From Camelus dromedarius (taxonomy: Eukaryota), in contig NC_087458.1 in the NCBI RefSeq assembly GCF_036321535.1, positions 7,936,001 through 8,000,000 of the forward strand: DNA of 64,000 nucleotides, in the 5' to 3' direction. A model generated the notes under the pieces. The model worked only from the letters and a program-made list of their open reading frames with translations. It was not told where the DNA came from and did not search any database. A program made the position numbers and the translations under genes. Below, in pieces: positions 1-12,649 of the stretch. The first letter of the stretch is position 1, and the number at the start of each line of letters is the position of its first letter.

Positions 1-110
1 GAGAGAGCTAGCCTAGAAGGAAGGAATGGGGGAGGGGCGGTCCACGGGGCAGTGAAGCAGGGAGTATGGGCTGGTGGCCCGGCTTCGGTGGCTCTTGGAC
101 CCACGGCCAC

Positions 111-3100
111 TCACTCTCGGACATAGACCCTGGTGCACACGATGTCATCTGCCGTCATGGTCTGAAAAGATACAAGTTATTGTTATCCTGGGGGGGGGGG
201 GGGGTCCTGGGTCCTGTGGTTTGGGAGGAGGAGGGATGAATGGAGGTACTCTACTTGGCTTCCAGGTCCAAATCTACTTCTTGGCTCAGGACTGACAGAC
301 AAGAGCTGGTCATAAAATGCCTGGGCTTCATGGGATGAAGGACAACAGAGCCCCAGGGGTGCATCCTACATCCTCCTCCCCAAGCCAGGAAGATCACCCT
401 GAGAACTGCTGAGCCCACTCAGCCCATGTCCTTTGCTCCACACATGTGGGACACCCATTTGCATTTGCACGAGGGCGCTTATAGGACAGGGACAGCCTAG
501 TCCTGCCCCAGTAGCCCCGTCAGGAGACAGGGAGATCAGCCCCATTGTTCTTCAATCTCACGCACCCTGGAATGTCCCAGAAAATCTCTGAGGTAGCACT
601 GGGCTTGCTCTGAGCTGGGAGGAGGCAGGCCTTACCAGGATCAGTTCTCCATCATTGGTCAGTTCTCTGGTCCAGGAGGTCTTGGGACCCTCTCCCTTCA
701 AAAGCCTCTGCTCGCAGACCATCTTGTTCTCAGTCTCCCATTTTACCAGGCTCTGCACAAGAGGGGTGGCCAAGTGAGCTGGGCCCACAATAGGGACAAT
801 GCAGTGAGAAGGGTGGAGGATGAACTCCCTTTCTACCCGCCACTACCTAGGGACTTTCGCCCTTGGACCTGGAGAAAAGAACCTAGGAAAAGACTGGAAA
901 ATGTTATTTTGAGAGGCAGGGCAATAGATGCTGTGACCCTGAGGGACCCCTTCCCTGGCACGGACCTTACAGGGTCTCCCATCCACAGTTTGCTCCTCAA
1001 ACTCTTCTCCGATCTTGAAGTTGATCTCCGTGGTCCGCACAGTGGTTGAGGTTTTGATGTAGAAAGTATCTCCTTCCTGTTTGATCTCCACTGCTGGCTT
1101 GGATGCTGCAGCCACGGCAATCTTCCTCAGCATCACGTTCACCCCTGCAGGAGGAGGAGAGGCTCGCCTTGATGGGCACTCCAGGCACCTGTCTGGCACC
1201 CTCCCCAGGGGATGGCAGGAGCGGGCTGAACAGTGAGCGGCTGGGGAGAGGGGCAGGCTGCCTGGGGCCCAAGAAATTACCTTGAAGAAGAGGGCAGGTG
1301 CTGCAGCCCTGACAGGTGGTGGGTTTAGGGAAGAAGGGCAGAGAGGCAGTGCCCTGCCTGTGGGAGTTCTGCTCCTAGCTGCAGCCCCACCTGGATGAGT
1401 TAGCAGCCCTGCACTGGGCTCCCCAAGTCTCAGCTCTTCACTTCACTCAGTCCTCAGGGACAGCTTCCCTCCATTCCCCTCACCCGGCATGAATCCAGCT
1501 CCAGCTCGCCTTGGCTCTGTGCCCCTCAATTTTGGCTCTTTGTCCACCTGCTTGAGACCATCTGCTGGGGTGGGCTCCACAGTCACTGTGTCTGCACCCC
1601 TGCCCAGATGCAGGGCAGACCCTCCCCAGCTGGGCCTCACTACCCCTGTCCTGGAGGTAGAGGCCACTTCCCTCTCTGCCCTCCTCATCTGCCTTGTCTG
1701 GCGGCCTTTATTTGCCAAGCCTCTGTCCCTCCCCGGAGGGAGAAGGAGCAGATTCTCAGTAGGGGAAGAAGTGGAGCAGCTGTTTCTCCCTACAGAATGG
1801 TCAGCAGCCTGGGGAAGCCATAGGCTGTGCAATAAGATCCATTAGGCCCTGATTTCTACCTGGCTCAGCCTCTCTTGCAGGCTGGGTGACCCTGGGCAAA
1901 TGACTTAACCTCTCTGAACTTTAGATTTCTCAGTTGGAAAGTGGAGACAATAGCATCTTCAGAAACCAATCAAATGGGATGATGTGGGTTTAAGCCAGGG
2001 CCAGGCACATCTTCACATTTTCAGGAGACAGTAGCTAGTCTTGTTGCTGTTATTTTTACTGATAAAAGGAAAGCAAAGAAAAAGCCAGAGCTGGGGCTCA
2101 GACAAAGTCCCCTGCATTAGACTCCTGCTCACTTGCCCTCTTAGAAGTCTCCTATGTCCCTCTCCCCTTGAGGGACAGAAAGGGGCACTGACCTCCCCTC
2201 CCCTGATGTGACTCCAACTCCAGGATCACCCACCCCACTTCAGGGGGTCAGGTCTTCTCATCCAACCTCTGTGGATTCAGAGTCCCTGTGCTGGCCCCCC
2301 ATAGCCTTTCCCAGATTGTACCGCTTCTCTCTGAGCCCAGCTATTTAACAGGAGGAGGGGAGCTGGGAGAGAGCAGCCCTCTGACAGGAAGTCAAGCAGG
2401 TAGGGAGGCACCTCTAGTCAGGGCCCAGGTCCAAGCTCTATACCTCTTCACCTGGCCTCACCGCCTGCCCTAAACTGGAGCAGAACCTTTCAGGGAAGCA
2501 ATGCATGGGGATGAGGGGCCAAGCTGGGCTGGGCCAGGAAAATGGGATTCCCGTACCCTCTGATGTGGTCCAGACCCCTTGGCCCTCCTCCAGACCTGGG
2601 TTCTTAGAGAAACACATCATTTTCCCCTTGGCACCAGAGCAGACCACTCTGTTCCAGATAAAAAGGAGTGGGAGGGAGGAAGCCCTGTCCCCCAGGAGCC
2701 CCAGGAGCCTGATTCTTGGCTGCTGACCTCTTGGGTCCAGGAAAAAATGACTGAGGTTCCCAATTAACTCGGTAGAAGAGACACATCCCACTCCATCTCC
2801 TTGGACAAAAAGACTACTTCGCTCTCTGTTGCTACCTAGGAAGTCCATCCTTCTATCTAACATCCGTCTTTTCTGTTATAGGAACAGAAGCTACTAGCTG
2901 TGTGCCAGACCATCGTACTGGATGGGACAGGTATCCCCCAATACCTGAGAATCCCTCCCCAGGAGAGAGACCATTGAATAGGACAAAGAGAGGTGAAAAG
3001 GGACTGAAGTTCCTGCAGAAGCAAGGCTAGGTTCAAAGGAGACACCCCTCTAGCGCACCTCTGGTGCCTGTGGGGCTGAGGCCAGGCTGGGCTGACCTTG

Positions 3101-4548
3101 GCTGATGCAGGACTGTGTTTGCCTAATGGGTCTGTTTTCAATCTGGCCCCCAGCAAGCCCTGAGGAGGGCACGTGGCTCTGAGAGACCCTGCAGGGAGGA
3201 CAAACAGACTGAAGACAGACAGACAACAGAGTCGGATTTGAGATCTTACCCTCCAGCTGGGACATGGGGGTGTGCCAGGCAACTGCCTCATCCACTGGGG
3301 AGAGGGGTCAGAATCCAGAGGGGATGGCGGAGGGAATGGTACCTAGGCTTTCTGAAGGGAACATTTTTATTGTTTGGATCTTTAATTTCAAAAGGGGTAG
3401 AGCAAGAGAGGCTGATGTGACTACAAGAAATTCTGTGGTCAGTCTGCAAGAAAAACTAACAGCAAGGAATAGGAATGGAAATCCCTGCTTTTCCCACAGC
3501 ATTCCAGACCCTTCCTAGGTCCAGACTGAGTCCCTGTCCTCTGCTCAGTCCAGCACAGGTCTCTCTGTTCAGGCCAGAAATCGATGGCTCCAGGGTTTCC
3601 AGGTGGCTTCCCAATGGCTGGTCCTTGACTAACCTCCATCTCTTTGCAGAGCTCTCTTCACAGCCAGTCCTGGCTTTCTCCCCCTCCCCAGACACCAGCC
3701 AGCACAGAGGACTTAGGAAGGGCAGTCTGAGTAGGTTCAACTTCCTCCACCTTTAACCAACACACCCAGCTGGGCTGCAGCTCCTCTCCAGGGAGGGAGA
3801 GGGAAAGAAAAGAGAACGCAGATTTTTGGAAAGGGAGGGAGTGGTTGGGGTTTCACACGAAGCCATTTGTTGAAATCTAAGAAAGTGATAATTATCCACT
3901 GTTTTAGGACTCCAGAGCTGCTCGCTGTAGGAAAATATTTGTCCCACAGATAGAGGGTGGGGACAGTGGAAAAATTCTGAAAAGGGAAGGAAGGGGGATC
4001 AGGGGGCCTTGTGGTGACGGATCACCTGGTGGGTGGAGCCTGGTGCAGAGAGGTGAGGAATCTGCCCCAGGGATAGGGTTACCTGCAAGGGGCAAGAGGG
4101 ATGGAAGTTGGAATGCCTCCGAGGGGCTCGGTTGGGTAGGGATCCAGGTACCCAGCCTGGATGCAGGGTTTGCTGCTTCTGAACTGCGGAGAACCCCCCT
4201 GCCCCACCCCAAGGGATACCGACCTCGTGTTTCTGGTTTCTACTTGATTCACAGGCTGAGTCACCTCAGGAGCTGGCATCGGTGGGCGCCCCGCCGGAGA
4301 AAGAAGGATTTAGGCGTTCGGGTGCAGCGCCCCGGAACCCAGGCGTCTGGACCCTACTCTTGGGGATGCTGGCGCCCAGCTCCCCACGCCCTGATTCCAG
4401 CTTCCCTTCCTTTCTCGTACCCACCTCCGAGGCCTCGGTGCCCCCTCCTCTCTCCCCGGCTCTCGAAAATCTCCTTACCCAGCACTTTGAGCAAATCCTC
4501 GAAGTTTTCCGATCGGATGATCTTCCAGTTGCCAGAGAAGTTGGGCAT
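111..4548 (-). CDS. CRABP2: Cellular retinoic acid-binding protein 2, 138 aa; complement(join(111..161,636..752,966..1144,4479..4548))
   Basis: Exons of 70+179+117+51=417 nt, all introns GT-AG. Translation [138 protein letters not shown] is the CRABP2 FABP-family sequence. Confidence 0.98.
1881..2010 (+). mobile_element. MIR fragment in CRABP2 intron 1
   Basis: gggtgaccctgggcaaatgacttaacctctctgaactttagatttctcagttggaaagtggaga, MIR core. Confidence 0.65.
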
Positions 4549-4718
4549 GGTGGAGGCGCTGGTGTCGGTCCCCTTTAGATCCTTCGGCTGGAGCACTGGA
4601 CACTGAGTCCTTTAGTCGAGAGAGATGTCGCCGCCGCCTTCGCCGGATCGTGAGACTCAGGAATCCGGAGACGTCCGAGGACAACCCCAAAGCTGGCCTG
4701 GGCGCCCGCGCGGGCAGC

Positions 4719-4725
4719 TTTTATA
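4719..4725 (-). promoter_or_regulatory. CRABP2 TATA box (TATAAAA)
   Basis: Plus strand ttttata, ~170 bp upstream of the ATG inside a CpG island. Confidence 0.8.
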
Positions 4726-5281
4726 CCCTTCGCGGGGCCCGCCCTTGCCTAAGATTGAGGTGACCCCGCCTCCTGCTCCACCCCCTCAACCCCACCTGGG
4801 GGGCCTTGAGCCCCGGCCCTGCATTACCACCCCACCCCCACCCCCGGCCTCTGGATCTAGCCCCGTGGGCGGGTCCAGAATTCGCTGAGGGGGCCCGAGA
4901 TAGCTGGCTCCCGCGCCAGTAGGTGGATGGGGAGGCGGATGGAGGGCGAGCACTCGGATTGGGCTCTCAACAGAGAGGAGGGGGAGCCGGGCCCCGGGCT
5001 CAGATGCTCGGGTCTCACGTCCCGCAGTCCGAACCACAAGGTCATATCTCTCCTGTTCCCCATCTCTTCTCAACCTGACTCAGTGCACTCGACTCCTTGG
5101 CCCCGGACACCCGGCGGCGACACCACCAACGGGTGAATCCCTGCTCGTAGAGCTGGGGAGAATGGTTGGCCGAACCCCGGCTCTTCTGAAGCCTGAGCTG
5201 GATCCAGTGTGACCACTCGGAACTCGAGAGACCCGCTGGGGAGCAGTGGGGTTCGGGGGCCAGGCACCTAAGTGAGGCAAC

Positions 5282-5296
5282 GGCGCCCCCTGCTGG
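5282..5296 (-). promoter_or_regulatory. CTCF motif CCAGCAGGGGGCGCC
   Basis: Close match to the CTCF core consensus CCASYAGRKGGCRS. Confidence 0.6.
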
Positions 5297-5488
5297 AACG
5301 ACTCTAAGAGGCAGGGAGGGGGGCTTCACCACCCACCACCCCGCTACCTCCAGCCCCGATTCCCGACTCTGTTTCGGGCTCCGGTAGTGCATGGGGACTC
5401 TGGAAATTGGCGCTGGGAGACTTATACCTCTTAAAACGCTGGCCAGTCATCGAAGGGTTAAACAGGAACCCCGGGAGCGATGCTGGGG

Positions 5489-5501
5489 AGGGCAGAGGTC
5501 A
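5489..5501 (+). promoter_or_regulatory. DR1 retinoic acid/RXR response element AGGGCA-g-AGGTCA
   Basis: Direct repeat with 1-nt spacer ~0.8 kb upstream of the CRABP2 start; same sequence as the mouse Crabp2 DR1 RARE as I recall it; followed by a CCAAT box. Confidence 0.75.
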
Positions 5502-6896
5502 CAGCCAATCACTTGACACGAGCTCTTTATTAAGGCGCTTTCTCTGTCGCAGGGCTCCCCAGACCCCCGAGGGGATAGCAATAGGCGGCAGGGAGGGGCG
5601 GCGGGGACGGAGGCGCGGAGCTCCCGGCGCGCCCCGCTGCTATCAAGGTTGGAGGGAGGCTGGGGACCCCGGGGAAGGGGCGGAGCAGGGTCTCAGGTGT
5701 CACCATTCTGAGCTGTAAAACCGGCGGAAGGAGCGGCCACCCCTCCGCGAGCGGCTTTGAAGTGGGAGATCAAAGGAGGGAGGCAGGGCACGGTTCCCCA
5801 TGGAGACCCAAGTGGGAGTGGGCGAGACCCCAGCGGAGAGGGCCAGGAGACAGAGAAACAGAAATGGAGGTCAGGCAGGGGGCCTCGGAGAAGGGCTGGG
5901 AGACCCGAGACCGCCGACCGCAGAATAGCGGGGCCGGAGGGATTCGGTGCCTGAGCGGGCGGAACCCAGGGTCTGTCCAGCGCTGAGAGACACTGCAGCC
6001 CAGTTGCCCTCGGCGAATCCGTGCACGTGGCCCCGCTGCCCGTACCGCGCCCCTCTCCGCCCCCCTCCTAGAGCTGTCCCCCCAGCTCCTTCCGAGGCGG
6101 GTAAGAAAATCCCCACATCTGGTCCCAGCCCTGGGTTCTGGCCCTGGCCCCTCCCTGCCAGCGTGGCTATGGGTGGAGCAGAGGACAGGCTCTCTGAGAT
6201 TCTGAGCCTTTCTTTTAGAATCCTGGAAAGGTTTAGGGGGCTAGAGGCCTTGGCTGGGGAGGCGTCCGGAGGAAAAGAGGCAAAGAAGAGGAGCTGGAGG
6301 ATCTACCAAAGACTGGAGAACACACTGGAGGTTGATCCTCTGTGCTGTAAAGAGGAAAATCTCTGAACAATGAGTGTGTAGAAAAAAAAATAGCAACTAG
6401 GGTGACTCTGGAGCGGGAGGGATGGAGATTAGACTGTAGGAAGAACTTCTTGATGGGGCCCCACCTAGCAAGAACCAATAAACTGTCAGTTCTGAAGAAG
6501 GGAGCTGGATGCATCCGCCTGGTTTTAGGGGTCCAGATTTTGTGTGAAAGAGCTTATTTGGGGATGGGGGTGGCCTGGGCTGGAAGTGAGGGGGCAGCAG
6601 GTCGAGAGGCTCTCTGAGGAAGGACAGACAAAAGCAGAGGTGGTGGAGGGAAGGGGGTGGCCCCTGGCGGGTGCTTCGGGCCTGGGGTTAAGGCAGTGCC
6701 TATGCTCCTCCCCCAACCACGGGGCTCCAGCAATGCTGTAGGTAAAGGGAGGGGGATTAGGTTCTGACAGTGAAATCAGGCTCCCAGCCAAAGGGATGAG
6801 GAGAGGCTGGGGGAGGGAACATGGCAGAAACCATACTCCTGCTGCCCCTCCTCCCCCCTCGCTGCCCCCTACCTCTTCCACCCAGGTCTATGTCCA

Positions 6897-6942
6897 TCTC
6901 CACTCCAGCCCTCTTGAGCTCTCCACTCCAGCCCTCTTGAGC
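6897..6942. repeat. Perfect 23-bp tandem duplication (tctccactccagccctcttgagc)x2
   Basis: Two identical adjacent copies, 6897..6919 and 6920..6942. Confidence 0.9.
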
Positions 6943-9900
6943 CCCTAACCAGAAGAGTCCTGTCTCTTGTTCTGTAGGCATCCCTTCTACTGCAAAAGAG
7001 AAGGGCCAGTGCAGACCCTCTCCCCCACAAGCCTTGTGACAAAGGATGTTAAAACCTTGCTCAAAAGATGGCCCATTAGGATGAGGGAGCCTAGACTTAC
7101 AGGAGCATGGAGGAGGGATGCGGTCTGGCTGAGGAAATTGGGGAAGCTGGAGGAGGGGGATCCCTGGGATGGGGGCGGGGAGGCCTGGGCCCACTCCCCT
7201 CCCTTCACTTCCTCACTCCCCGAACTAGCCAGTCAGCCAGAATTTCCAAAGAGACAGAAGTAAGACAAAGGGAAGTCTGGGCTGGGAGGAGAATTTTTTC
7301 CAGATGTGAGCATTTGTGGTTTGGCAGCCCTGAGCCAGAGCTCCAGCCCCTGCACCCCAACCCTGGCTGAGAGAGGTGGGTGGAGGGTCCAGAGCATGGT
7401 ACTGAGCAGCTAAACTGGAGGTCTCAGCCCCATAGGCGCATGGAGGCTCATGTGTAGGGGGGGTTCTTAGGTAAGATGCAGGGGAAGGGAGTTGAGGGCA
7501 TGGGGTTGGGGAGTGGTAGGATGAGAAGGCTGGGAGGACCAGGAAGGGGGGCTAACAGGAGGCTTGGGGAGCCTAGAGGCAAGGGGCAGGGGCTAGGGCC
7601 CTGGGACCAGGGCAGAGCTTAGCTAGCATCAGTCACTCAGTCACAAACAACTGGCTTTAATTTCCCGCTGGGGATCAATAAGGAGAAGGAATTTCCTAGT
7701 GTCGCTGGCCTTTTAATTATGACCAAATCTGCTGCAGATCTGCCGGGGGCAGCACATTCCCCCTTTCTAGGAGTCTTGGTCATACCCCTCGTGGGGCTCC
7801 CCCAGGAATTTGGAGTCTCAAGTGGGGGAGGGTGCGAAATTGGTGAGAAAAGCTGAGGGAGCAGAGGTGGGATGGGGGTGGGGAGGAAACAGGCTTGAGA
7901 GAGGAAAGAAACATTCTGGGGCTTTGTTCCCATTGCAGTGTGGCTATGTAACTAGTTTTGCAGCAGATGAGATGGAGATGCGCAGGCTTCTGGGTGGTTG
8001 GAAGAGTGTGGGTGTAAATGGATGTAGATGTCTGTACTATTGCGGGGTCTAGAGGCTTGGGAAGAGGAGACCCCCTGCCTGTCTCCGTCACTCCATTGAG
8101 GCTGAGTGAGGGAGGAGTGATAGAAAGAGTGGAAGAGTCATGAACCCCTCACCCTCACCCCTAGCCGGGACCAAGGAGATTCTCTGGCCAAATTCAGCAC
8201 TTGTAGAAGGGCCTCACCCTGAGCAGTGTTATTGCATCTGCTGGATCAGAGAGTTTGTTGGCTGGGAGTCATGTAGAAATTAAACCCAGGTGGGGCTGGA
8301 CACCTGGGTCTCTGCCATTTGATGTAGGGGCAGCGAAGAAGGCAAGACTTCTATAGAGAGTGGGGAAGTCGGAGAGTGGAAGAGAGGAGTTGTGAGTGCC
8401 TAGGGCAGGACAGCTGTGTCTCCTGGCCTTCCTGAGCCCTCAGGATTCCACTCAGCACGGAGCATAGACTCAAGCATCCCGCCTCCAAGTCTGGTCTGAT
8501 CCTCAGTCATGGAGGGAGTGTTCCATTCATGCATCTCCCTGGGTTCAGGGACCCAGCCCTTTTCAAATCTGGTAGAGCCCGGCTCTGATTCTCCCCAAAT
8601 GAAATTGCCATTGCAGCAGGGTGGATGGGAGTTAGATCAAAGGCCCAGCAAGCTAAAGTGCAAGCTGGAAGATGGTCAGAGATCCAGAAAGGAGGCAACA
8701 TGTTTCCCAGAAACATTTGGTCTGAGGGGAGAAACCCTGAGAACTGGGGAAGGTGTGGGCAGAGAATCCCCAGTGACCTAGGGGAAGGGGCAGCTGGGCT
8801 GAAAGTTAGGGGATGACAGTGATCTCCAGGGCCAGCCCCAGGCCCCAGCAAAGAGGGAGGCAAGTGTGGCGCAGTAGGGTCAGAACTACAGGGTGGGAGG
8901 AGGGGGCTGGCTGTGATAGGAAGGATTTCAGTTAGACAAGGGAGGATCCGCACGGCACCCAGGCAGCCAGGCGGCTCCTCTGTTGTTTTTGGCTCCGCTA
9001 CCTGGTTCCCAGCTCCAGCCGCCAAGGCTCTCCTCAGGGCTGGGTCTGGCACACTGAGCCGGGATGGCTGAGCAAGGGAGGGAAAAGGGAGGAGGTGAGG
9101 ATGCACTGGCTGAGTTTTTGTGTCCGGATTGAATCTCTGTCCCCTAAGAGAGGCCCCTGGCTCTGCTGGCCTCTTTAGGTGGACAGGCGCAGAGGTGTGG
9201 GCAGCCACTGAAGAACCTGGAGACCCCGCACAGGGGCTGGCCACCACCACACTGATCTTACTCTCTGATCCTGGGGGCTTCGCTCCTCTGTCTCTCTGCC
9301 TGGCTCCACCACCCGGACTGGTGCTTCTTGCCTGTCTGGCATGGGAAGTCACCCCTTTCCCCACGCAGGCCCCCACTCAGCTTTCTCTTCTACTACAGTG
9401 AAAGGCACCAAATTCAACTCCTCTTCCTCTGGAGCCTCCTTGCTTCTTGGAGAACCTCCAGGTTGAGGTGGGGATCCAGTGTGCCCAGGACCGTTGGTGG
9501 CAGCTGCCAGTATCTAAAGCTGGAAAAGTCCTGGGCCTGACTCTGGCCAGCTGTGCCCCCCTCCCTTTCTCTCCCTCCTGAATGAATCCCCCCAGGGCAG
9601 CATTGCTGGATGGAGAAGTCAGCACTGTGACCTGCAGTTAAACTCCTCTTGGCTTTTATGATCCAGTGACTAGGGCCAGACCCCTCTGCCATTTCCACCC
9701 CCTGCCCTGCACTGGCCCCTTAACCCCTGGCAGCCCAGAGCAGGAGGGAGAAGGCTGTAGCTATGACAAGTTTGGCAGGCTGGACACCTGGATTTGTATG
9801 CTTCCTGGGGACAGTGGCTAAACCTGGAAAAGATGAACAGCCTGCAGTTTAGTTCAAGACTGGTCTTGGGGAGCCCAAGCCATCTCCCAGATGCCTCCTC

Positions 9901-10678
9901 TCCCACTCTCTGGGGATGTGAAATGGAAGAAGAGCCAGGGGTCCAGAGAATCCCTCTCTCCATTGAGATGATCTGGAGTTTCTGGAAGAAGAAAGAAACC
10001 GGCAGAACTGCAGACTGAGTGGGTGCTATGTTTCTCTGCTGGCCTGAACCGCCGAAGTTGGGCACTGGGCCAGATAACCAGACTCTGGGATTAAAGAGGA
10101 AAGAGGCAGGAGGGAGGGAAGAAGGGTGAGAAGAGACTGAGGGGGGCCCAGGTCTAGGCTCTGAGGTTCTGGAGGGGGACAGAAAGAGGGCATTGGACCC
10201 ATTGTCCCTGGGGCAGGGTAAAGGGGCAGATGCGTCAGACTCAGGAAGGTCAGCCAGCTTGGGGAAACACATCTTCAAGGCTCCTCAGTGCCCCCATTTC
10301 CCTCCTCTCTCTAACCCACAAATGCAGCTACTGTCTCCAGGTAAGACCTAGTAGTTTGGCCCCTAGCCTGACCCACAAAGGCCTATGGAAACCAGCTGTG
10401 CTAATGGCTCCAGGGAAGAGGGTGGAGCCCCAAGAGTCAGATAATAAGGACCAGCTTCCCTAATCCCAGCGCCCTTCCTGCTGCAAACCAGGCCCCGGCC
10501 AGTGGGCCAGACTCTTGGGAGACAGGATCAGAGGTGTGGGGGGACTTGAGCAGAGTAAGGGAGGGCCACAGGAGCTCAGATTCCTGGTCCCTTCCCCCAT
10601 CCTCCCATCCTGAGCGGGCAGGGAATTAAGAAGGGATACAAGAGTTCAGAGTCTGGCCCCTTAGCCAGGCTAGGGCCT

Positions 10679-10695
10679 TGTCCTTCCAGTGACCC
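10679..10695 (-). promoter_or_regulatory. DR5 RARE GGGTCA-ctgga-AGGACA
   Basis: About 6 kb upstream of CRABP2; matches the recalled human CRABP2 distal DR5 (GGGTCAttggaAGGACA, ~-5.6 kb) in sequence and position. Confidence 0.75.
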
Positions 10696-12649
10696 CACCA
10701 TCCCACTCCTCCTTATAGCAGGCTGGAGACATGGGAGGGTGGGGGAGGCCCCAGACTGACCTAGCCCTAATGGCTTTCCCTGGGCAGCACGAACAAAATG
10801 GGAAAAAGATGTGTGAGGTGGGAAGCTCTGATTTCCTTTCCCCTGCGGGCGCCAGCTCTGGAAAATGCTAGCTGTCAAAGAGAGATTGTACAGTCTCCCT
10901 GCCTCCCCCTCCTCAGTACCCCCTACCCCACCCCATCCACCAGGGCCCCCTAGCCTGCCCAGATTCCCAGAGGGCACTGGGCTAGCGCCTGTGAATTTCA
11001 GTTCTCCAGGCTGAGGACGCACACTGTCCTGACAAAGCCCCCACTCCCCCTTCCTGTCTTCTCCACCAATCTGGGAAAGACATCCAAGCAGGAGTTTTGG
11101 CACTTGGGGATTCGCAGGGATACGGCTCTAGGGGATCAAAGGATCCAGCAGCTCCTGCATTTCACAGCTGCTAACCTCCTTGCTACAGTCTCACTCCTCC
11201 TGAATCCCAGTGCTCTGGGACTGTCAGCCACACAGTTCCAGGTTTCCAGAGGATCTGGATTTTTGGTTACTCAGTCTTCCCACTGAGCTCTCAGTAACTG
11301 GCCTAGAGAGGGTGCCATCCTGAGTGGAGGACACTCATAGGGAGCGCCTTTCCTCCTGCTTGCAGGCCTTGTGGTCTCTTTGGGCCAAGTCTCCTTTTAT
11401 GAGCTCCTTGACCCCCCGGTGCTAGGCTCCTAGGAGCCCCAAGGAATTGATTCCAAAGTTGGGAGGTGGCAGGCCCTGCCTTGGAGTGGAGATTATGCAT
11501 GCGGATGGGGTGGGGGTGGGTTCCAGCCTAGGAGGAAGCCACCAGAACACTCTGCCCTTTCCTCAGCTCCCCTCTCTCACCCTTCAGGAAAGCTCCCCAG
11601 ACCTACCCACTCTACCAGCCCAGCCTGGCACCCCAGCCCCAGCCTTAGGTCTCTAGCTGCCAGGCTGGGTTATCTGCCTCTGCCTCTCTGTTGGTCCTGG
11701 GTGTGGGGCAGTCTTCCTTATTCCTCCTCTGGTTATGGTTTGGATCCTTCTTATGGAACCTTTCCAAAGAAGTGACCAAGCAGGATTCCACAGGGTAGAA
11801 GGGAGCGAAGGCCCTGGCCTTTGGGGAAGCTGCCTTGAGACTAGAGATGCCAGACAATTTAGGTTCCTGGTGCTGCACTGGGACAGGGGTCAGGGTCACA
11901 GTCCCAGGGCCCAACCCTCAGTGCCCAGGCCTGGGAGAGGAGTGGCTCTGACTCTGAACCCACCACTGTGCAAGAACTTTCCGCGTGCTGTCTTGGGTCT
12001 GCGTGATTCCAAAGCTTTGCTCTTAAACACTTCAGAATGGAATTCAGTTTAGCCTGGAAGAGGATTAAGATGTGCTTGTCTTTCCATGTCAAACTCTTAA
12101 AAATATCTTCTCTCTGCCTCTCCCTCCACCCCCGTCTCTCTCAAAATCCTGTGCATTATATACACTCTTTCAAAGAAAGCATAGAATTGATGGTATCCTT
12201 AAACAAAGCAAGAAGTCTTACATATTAAAGAAAGAAACAAAACCAGCAAGTCAGCGCAGCTAAGTGGCGGGAGGGCAGAGAGGAGAGCAGAACAAAGACT
12301 TGTGCAGCAGTCCAGAAGCCAGGGGCTGGGGCAGCAGGGGCTGCGGGGTGAGAGGCCTGGGACACCAGGACCCCTCCCCTCAGCAGTGCCACTAGATGTC
12401 ACCCATTTAGTCACTGCCTGAAAGAGATTACTCAACTCTGCCCAGAGTCTGCAGCAAACTTTTACCCCTGACCACACTTGGGTCCCCAACTTCTGAGGAC
12501 GTGGCCACTTCCCGAACACTCTTTGGTGGACTAGTGTGTACAGGAGCTTGGGTGAGAGTTGAAAGACCTGATATGTCAGTCTTGACTTAAACATTTGTTC
12601 AGCATCAACCACATCAAAGATCATCCACGTGCATGTAAAGTTAATCAGT

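Larger units (their letters stand above)
4280..6120. promoter_or_regulatory. CpG island over CRABP2 exon 1 and promoter
   Basis: Visibly GC-rich with dense CpG; boundaries estimated by eye. Confidence 0.75.

Noticed and set aside
5800-5900. Orthologue of the mouse Crabp2 DR2 RARE
   Set aside because: Only a single AGGTCA half-site (5868..5873) is visible; no second half-site at DR2 spacing.
8507-9376. 289-aa minus-strand ORF upstream of CRABP2
   Set aside because: Pro/Ser/Gly/Ala-rich with no recognisable domain, no splice or promoter context; typical chance ORF in GC-rich DNA.
11887-11898. GGGTCA-GGGTCA DR0 element
   Set aside because: Real sequence, but such G-rich half-site pairs occur by chance here and I have no positional or conservation support.
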